Source of the DNA: an uncultured Planctomycetales bacterium
Lineage (GTDB): Bacteria > 4484-113 > JAFGCY01
Assembly: GCA_964609245.1 (NCBI GenBank)
Contig: CAZSSB010000014.1
Location: 769-64,768 of the forward strand
DNA: 64,000 nucleotides
Direction: 5' to 3'
Numbering within the stretch: the first letter of the stretch is position 1; each line of letters opens with the position of its first letter. Shown here piece after piece: positions 59,234-64,000 of the stretch. Made by a program: the position numbers and the translations under genes. The notes beneath the pieces were generated by a model. It ran no database searches, was not told the DNA's origin, and saw nothing but the letters and a program-made list of their open reading frames with translations.

Positions 59234-59503
59234 ATGGAGCGCGACCAGGAGTGGGTGCGCCGCAAGCTCGCCGACATCGAGGAGAAGCGCGAGATCCTGC
59301 GCTCGCTCGAGGACACCCTGGCCAAGTGGGAGGCGGAGGTCGACTGGGACGAGCTGCCGCCCGAGAAGCAGGCAGCGCTGATAGCCCTCGCCGAGGAATC
59401 GGTCGGCACGCTGACGGTCATGATTGAGCGGCTGGGGCGCCAGATCAGTGACCAGGTGGACGAGATGACGGGGACGAACGGGGGGCAGCCCGCCGATGAC
59501 TGA
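59234..59503 (+). CDS. Small (89 aa) acidic coiled-coil protein, overlapping the ABC exporter start
   Basis: MERDQEWVRRKLADIEEKREILRSLEDTLAKWEAEVDWDELPPEKQAALIALAEE... This is the in-frame 3' part of track ORF 58334..59503; the rest of that ORF is antisense to the HAD gene. Its stop (59501-59503) overlaps ATG 59496 of the exporter by 8 nt. Confidence 0.5.
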   Translation: MERDQEWVRRKLADIEEKREILRSLEDTLAKWEAEVDWDELPPEKQAALIALAEESVGTLTVMIERLGRQISDQVDEMTGTNGGQPADD

Positions 59504-61502
59504 GTACCAGCCGCTGTCACCGATCCCTGCGACCGCCCCCCGCCGCCGGCCGACGGTGCGACGCTTCATGGCTACGGCGATCATGTCGATCGGTGTCGCC
59601 TGCTGGCTGCTGGCGCTGACGGCCTGGTTCATCCGGCCCGTGCTGGCACGTTTCATTGAGGATCCCCACAGCTTGTCCCAGGCCCAGGGCGGGCTGGCCG
59701 CCGCGGCGATCTTCGTGGCGCTGGGCGGCACGCTGATCCTGCTGCTGCTGCTGGCTCTGACGGGTCCGCGCCGCGAGTGGGAGCGCGTGATGGGGCTGAT
59801 CCTCAGTCAGCGCCGCCACTTCCGCAACATGCTGCTGGGCAGCGCCGTGCTGGTGCTCAGCGAGCTGTCGCTGCCGATGGCGATCCTGTACCTGCTCAAC
59901 GTGGTGGTCAATCAGCGACGCGATCCCGTGCTGCTGACCTGGGCGCTGGGCGCGCTGGCGCTGCTGCTGCTGATCCGCGCCGTGGCCGGCTACTTCCGGA
60001 TGTACAACGCCCAGGCGCTCAGTTACCGCATCTCGGCGGGGCTGCGGGAGTCGCTGTATGGGCACCTCCAGCGGCTCAGCTACAGCTTCTTCGACCGCGC
60101 CCGCCAGGGAGATCTGCTGAGCAGCGCCACCAACGATGTCGAGAAACTGCAGTTCTTCCTGCTCAACTCGAGTGAGGACTTCTTCGTGGCCCCGCTCAAG
60201 GTCTTCGGCGCGGTGGCCTGCGTGTTCTATCTCAACTGGCAGCTGGCGCTGGTGATCCTGCTGACGATGCCGCTGATCGCCCTGCTGCTGCGTTTCAGCG
60301 GCGGGCGGCTGCGGCGCGTCAACACGGCGGCCCAGGAGTGGATCGGCAAGCTGACCGCCGAGCTGTCGGAGGGCATCAACACCATCCGCCTCGCCCAGAG
60401 CTTCGGCATCGAGTCCAGCGCCTTCAACAAGTTCCATCAGACCAACCGCACCTCGCTGAGCAAGCTGCTGGGCCACGCCCGTCTGGCGGCGATCCTGCTG
60501 CCCGCCATCGAGTTCCTCGGCTTCATCGCGCCGCTGATCATCATCGCCGCGCTCTGCTACCAGGCGATCGGCGCGCTGGTGGACATCGACACCGGCCAGC
60601 TGTTTGCCATCGCGGGCTACGCCGGGCTGGTGGCCAACCCGCTGGGCAAGCTCAGCCGCATCGTAATCACCCTCAGCCAGGGCGAGGCGGCCAGCCACCG
60701 CATCCACGGCATCCTCGACACCCGGGCCGAGATCGCCGATCGCCCCGACGCGCGTCCGCTGGGAGACACCGACGGCTATCTGCGCTTCGACAACGTCTCG
60801 CTGCGCTACGGCCCGGAGGAGCCGCTGGTGCTCAGCGGCATCAACGCCGAGATCATGCCCGGCGAGGTGGTGGCCTTCGTCGGCGAGAGCGGCAGCGGCA
60901 AGAGCAGCATCATCAACCTGGTGCCGCGCTTCTACGACGTCACCAGCGGGCGCGTGCTGCTGGACGAGATCGACATCCGCGACCTGCGGCTCGCCGACCT
61001 CAGGCGTCAGATCGGCATCGTCAGCCAGGAGACGATTCTGGTGCACGGCACGGTGCGCGAGAACATCGCCTACGGCAGCCCCCAGGCCGACGAGAAGGAC
61101 ATCCTGGACGCCGCGGTCAGCGCCAACGCCCACAGCTTCATCATGGAGTTCCCCCTCGGCTACGACACGCTGGTCGGCGAGCGCGGCGTGACGCTCAGCG
61201 GCGGCCAGTGCCAGCGCATCGCGATCGCCCGGGCGTTGCTGCGCGACCCGCGGATCCTGCTGCTCGACGAGGCCACCAGCGCGCTGGACAGCATCAGCGA
61301 GGCGGTGGTGCAGGACGCGCTGAACAAGCTGATGTACGGCCGCACCACCCTGCTGGTCGCCCACCGGCTCAGCACGGTGCGCAAGGCGGGCCGCATCATC
61401 GTGCTCAAGCACGGACGCATCATCGAGGCCGGCAGCCACGACGAACTGGTGGCGATGAAGGACGGCGAGTACGCCCGGCTGGTGCGCCTGCAGGGGCTGT
61501 AG
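59496..61502 (+). CDS. ABC exporter, fused permease-ATPase (MsbA/type I exporter-like) with ~100-aa N-terminal 2-TM extension
   Basis: 668 aa. An ABC_membrane region is followed by the NBD: Walker A GESGSGKSS, signature LSGGQCQR, Walker B ILLLDEATSALD, and AHRLST. Two extra predicted TM helices (AIMSIGVACWLLALTAWFI; AAAAIFVALGGTLILLLLLAL) precede the canonical core. Confidence 0.85.
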   Translation: MTEYQPLSPIPATAPRRRPTVRRFMATAIMSIGVACWLLALTAWFIRPVLARFIEDPHSLSQAQGGLAAAAIFVALGGTLILLLLLALTGPRREWERVMGLILSQRRHFRNMLLGSAVLVLSELSLPMAILYLLNVVVNQRRDPVLLTWALGALALLLLIRAVAGYFRMYNAQALSYRISAGLRESLYGHLQRLSYSFFDRARQGDLLSSATNDVEKLQFFLLNSSEDFFVAPLKVFGAVACVFYLNWQLALVILLTMPLIALLLRFSGGRLRRVNTAAQEWIGKLTAELSEGINTIRLAQSFGIESSAFNKFHQTNRTSLSKLLGHARLAAILLPAIEFLGFIAPLIIIAALCYQAIGALVDIDTGQLFAIAGYAGLVANPLGKLSRIVITLSQGEAASHRIHGILDTRAEIADRPDARPLGDTDGYLRFDNVSLRYGPEEPLVLSGINAEIMPGEVVAFVGESGSGKSSIINLVPRFYDVTSGRVLLDEIDIRDLRLADLRRQIGIVSQETILVHGTVRENIAYGSPQADEKDILDAAVSANAHSFIMEFPLGYDTLVGERGVTLSGGQCQRIAIARALLRDPRILLLDEATSALDSISEAVVQDALNKLMYGRTTLLVAHRLSTVRKAGRIIVLKHGRIIEAGSHDELVAMKDGEYARLVRLQGL

Positions 61503-61551
61503 GACCGCCGCTGCTCATCACGCCGCTTCGCGGGCTAACCGCAGCCCACTC

Positions 61552-61560
61552 TGGTATCAT
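61552..61560 (+). promoter_or_regulatory. Extended -10 element TGGTATCAT upstream of lipoprotein gene 61597
   Basis: TGnTAnnAT match 37 nt upstream of ATG 61597. A GGGAGAG RBS lies in the leader. Confidence 0.35.
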
Positions 61561-61596
61561 CTCGGCAGAGCCCAACTGACCGGCCGGGAGAGTCAA

Positions 61597-63237
61597 ATGG
61601 CCCTGTACCGTCTCTTAACTTACGCACGGCTCGCGCTGCCCCTGCTGCTGATCTGGCTCGTGGGCTGCGGCGGCCCGGCACCGGCGAGTCTCGGCGCGGC
61701 CCCGGCGACAGAGGTGCTTGAGCGGCTCCCGCCCCTGCCCCCCCGCGATGCGCCGCGGCTGGCATCGACACCGTTCACCACAACGATTGAAGGCAACGAG
61801 ACCTTCAGCCGCGGCGGCAACATCGATGAATTCGGACTCGACATCTATCTGCGGCCGCCGGCGGGGGGCACCGCCTGGGGACTCTATCAGCTCTCGACGG
61901 ACGGGCTGGAAGTCATCTCGACGCTGGTCCGGCTGGATGTCTACGAGGGCGCGGCGTATCTTGCGATCTCGGACTACGACGCGAGGACCTGGCGAATCGT
62001 CGGCCCGCTCAGCAGTGACGAGCACGAACTGCCTTTCGGGGAGTGGGCCCTGGCTGTCGGCGACCGGTTCTATGTCGCCGTGCTGGCCTGTCGTTCCAGC
62101 GACGTGCGGGTCAATCGCCTGGAACTGACCGTCGACCGCCCGGGCTGGACGATCTACGATCTGCCCTGGTCGGCGCACGCGGGCAACGGCGTCGACCTGT
62201 TCGTCCAGGATGGCGTGCTGATGATGGCCCACGCCGGCATGCTCGCCTATGCGATCCATTACGCGCGCGCCACCGAGACACTGCCGACCACGGCCGAGCA
62301 GTGGGTTCACTTCACTGTCGTCGGCACAGATGTCTACCAGCACCCGGGCACTCCGCTGGCCGCCGCATCAATTGCCGGCAGGCCGGCGATCGCGTTCACC
62401 GACCGCGAGGAATGGCAGATCTGCTATGCGTGGCCCGACAGCCCCGAGCCTACGGAACTCTCAGACTGGACGCTATCCACCATCCATGACGATGCGGGCG
62501 CCACAGGCCACACCATCGGGCTCGCCGAGTGCGTTGGCACGCCCCGGGTGGCGTTCGACAGCGGCTATTCCCCCGGTCACCTGGCAGCCGCCGATACTTC
62601 GCAGCCCGCGGACGAGGACTGGGTGGTCACGGACCTGACGGACGCGGCGGGAGATACCACCCGGGTGAATCTGACAGCGATCGACGACCGGCCGGTTGCC
62701 TGTCTCATCACCAATGTGAGCGGGGGCAAGGGACTGCACGTCGGTTACGCAGACAGTGATTCGCCGATTGGTCCCGCGGCCTGGAACATCGTGCCGGTGC
62801 ACAACTGGCTGAACGCCGGGAGCTGGAGTTCAATCGGGCAGCAGCAGATCGATGGTAGTGTGCGTCCGGTTGTCAGCTACATCAACGACTACTGGACTGG
62901 CGCGGTCTATGTCGCCCGGCCCCTGCTTCACTATCCCGTCGATGCCCTGGACTGGGTGCGCTGCTACCTGGACGGCCGCAGCAGCGGCACTGACCTCGCG
63001 GTGGTTGACAACCGCCCCGTCATTATTTACTGCCAGGAAGAGGATGAGGCGATCCGGGTCGCCCTCGCCACCACCGCTGAGTTCGAGGATGCCACGGACT
63101 TCGAGATCTTCACGCTGCAGCAGGATTTCACGCCGGATACCCGCTCGGTCGCCGCGGCGGCCGTTGGCGATGTGCCGGTGATCGCCTGGCGGGATACGAC
63201 AGGCAGCGGTCTTAAGTTCGGCTTCTTCGTAGACTAG
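61597..63237 (+). CDS. Lipoprotein with shared N-terminal domain and putative multi-bladed beta-propeller
   Basis: Lipobox LIWLVGC. After the shared domain there are about 7 repeats of roughly 55-60 aa with the pattern G/RxPxIAF/Y...xYA (GRPAIAFTD, GTPRVAFDS, DRPVACLIT, VRPVVSYIN, NRPVIIYCQ, DVPVIAWRD). Confidence 0.75.
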   Translation: MALYRLLTYARLALPLLLIWLVGCGGPAPASLGAAPATEVLERLPPLPPRDAPRLASTPFTTTIEGNETFSRGGNIDEFGLDIYLRPPAGGTAWGLYQLSTDGLEVISTLVRLDVYEGAAYLAISDYDARTWRIVGPLSSDEHELPFGEWALAVGDRFYVAVLACRSSDVRVNRLELTVDRPGWTIYDLPWSAHAGNGVDLFVQDGVLMMAHAGMLAYAIHYARATETLPTTAEQWVHFTVVGTDVYQHPGTPLAAASIAGRPAIAFTDREEWQICYAWPDSPEPTELSDWTLSTIHDDAGATGHTIGLAECVGTPRVAFDSGYSPGHLAAADTSQPADEDWVVTDLTDAAGDTTRVNLTAIDDRPVACLITNVSGGKGLHVGYADSDSPIGPAAWNIVPVHNWLNAGSWSSIGQQQIDGSVRPVVSYINDYWTGAVYVARPLLHYPVDALDWVRCYLDGRSSGTDLAVVDNRPVIIYCQEEDEAIRVALATTAEFEDATDFEIFTLQQDFTPDTRSVAAAAVGDVPVIAWRDTTGSGLKFGFFVD

Positions 63238-64000
63238 TCCTCCGGCGGCACCACGCCCGACAGATCGACGGGGCTGAGCATCGCCAGCAGCGCCGGCTCC
63301 AGCTTGGGCCAGCGGAAGACGAAACCGCTGTCGATCAGCCGGGCCGGAATGGCGCGCTGACCGCTGAGCAGCGTCTGATCGGCCATCTCGCCCAGCAGCA
63401 GCCTGAGCGCGAACGCCGGCGCCGTCAGGCCCACCCGGCGGCCCAGCACCTCGGCCAGCACGTGCGTGAACTGGCGGTTGGTGACCGGCTCGGGCGCCGT
63501 GACATTCACTGCTCCACGCAACTCGTCGCGGCGCAGCAGGTGCAGCAGGGCCTCGATGGCGTCGCTCAGTGTGATCCACGGCAGATACTGCTCGCCTGAG
63601 CCGAGTACTCCGCCCAGCCCGCGCTCGAACAGCGGGATCAGCTGTCTGAGGGCGCCGCCCAGCGGGTCGAGCACCACCCCCAGGCGTGGGTGCGCCACGC
63701 GCAGTCCCGCCCGCTGCGCCGGCTCGGTAGCCGCCTCCCACTCGCGGCACAGCTCCGCCAGGAAGCCCGTGCCGGCCGGCTCGTGCTCCACCAGCATCTC
63801 CGCCCCGCGGTCGCCGTAGAAGCCCGTCGCCGAGGCGTTGATCAACACCGCCGGCGGCGAGTCCAGCCCGGCCAGGGCGGCGCTGAGCAGGCGGGTGCCC
63901 TTGATCCGGCTGTCGCGGATCGCGCGTTTCCTGGCCGCCGTCCAGCGGCCCGCGATGTTCTCACCGGCGAGGTTGATCACGGCGTCGATGCCCAGCAGGC
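63234..64000 (-). CDS. TIGR01777/YfcH-family SDR-like epimerase (DUF1731 C-terminus), 5' end beyond window
   Basis: The reading frame is open to the window edge (..LLGIDAVINLAGENIAGRWT..). Matching blocks: RIKGTRLL, YGDRG, GSGEQYLPWITLSDAIEAL, and the C-terminal DUF1731-like LLSGQRAIPARLIDSGFVFRWPKLEPAL. Confidence 0.8.
   Translation of the reverse strand, partial: LLGIDAVINLAGENIAGRWTAARKRAIRDSRIKGTRLLSAALAGLDSPPAVLINASATGFYGDRGAEMLVEHEPAGTGFLAELCREWEAATEPAQRAGLRVAHPRLGVVLDPLGGALRQLIPLFERGLGGVLGSGEQYLPWITLSDAIEALLHLLRRDELRGAVNVTAPEPVTNRQFTHVLAEVLGRRVGLTAPAFALRLLLGEMADQTLLSGQRAIPARLIDSGFVFRWPKLEPALLAMLSPVDLSGVVPPED

Overview
High-GC, densely coding bacterial chromosomal segment, probably from an uncultured diderm (lipoboxes, an LpxL-family acyltransferase, GGAGG-type ribosome-binding sites). 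I call about 47 CDS and 2 tRNAs. I saw no rRNA, CRISPR array, transposase or integrase. All domain calls come from reading motifs in the translations; no HMM or BLAST search was possible. The window has three blocks. (1) 1-19.3 kb is a co-directional minus-strand array of exported proteins: two paralogous unknown secreted proteins, three tandem signal-peptide-bearing TPR-CHAT (caspase-fold) proteins, a DUF928-like exported protein, a CHASE2-sensor class III adenylate cyclase, a possible 42-aa membrane peptide, a lipoprotein with two caspase (C14) domains plus TPR and YARHG, an Amidase_3 peptidoglycan amidase, and a fourth TPR paralog cut by the window edge. I consider this the best candidate for an undescribed system: an extracytoplasmic caspase-fold protease module with a cAMP output and a cell-wall hydrolase. 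(2) 19.6-41.4 kb is a surface-polysaccharide locus. It encodes a Wzx flippase, a WbpB/WbpD/WbpE-like 3-acetamido-sugar triad, a chain-length determinant with a degenerate kinase domain, a Wzy/O-antigen-ligase-like protein, three glycosyltransferases, an O-acetyltransferase and three AsnB-like amidotransferase paralogs lacking the N-terminal Cys. A PKD/PQQ-propeller lipoprotein and mntP interrupt it. (3) 41.4-64 kb is a mix of envelope and exported proteins: a CocE/NonD hydrolase, an LpxL-like acyltransferase, a CPBP protease, a beta-barrel-like protein paired with a heptahaem cytochrome c, a trypsin-like protein, DUF885, an Fn3-repeat lipoprotein, an ASST-like propeller, an orphan ABC ATPase, an esterase, a HAD hydrolase, an ABC exporter and YfcH. 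Many long ORFs in the supplied track are antisense shadows typical of high-GC DNA, or 5' over-extensions. I re-set starts where an RBS plus signal peptide supported a shorter gene.
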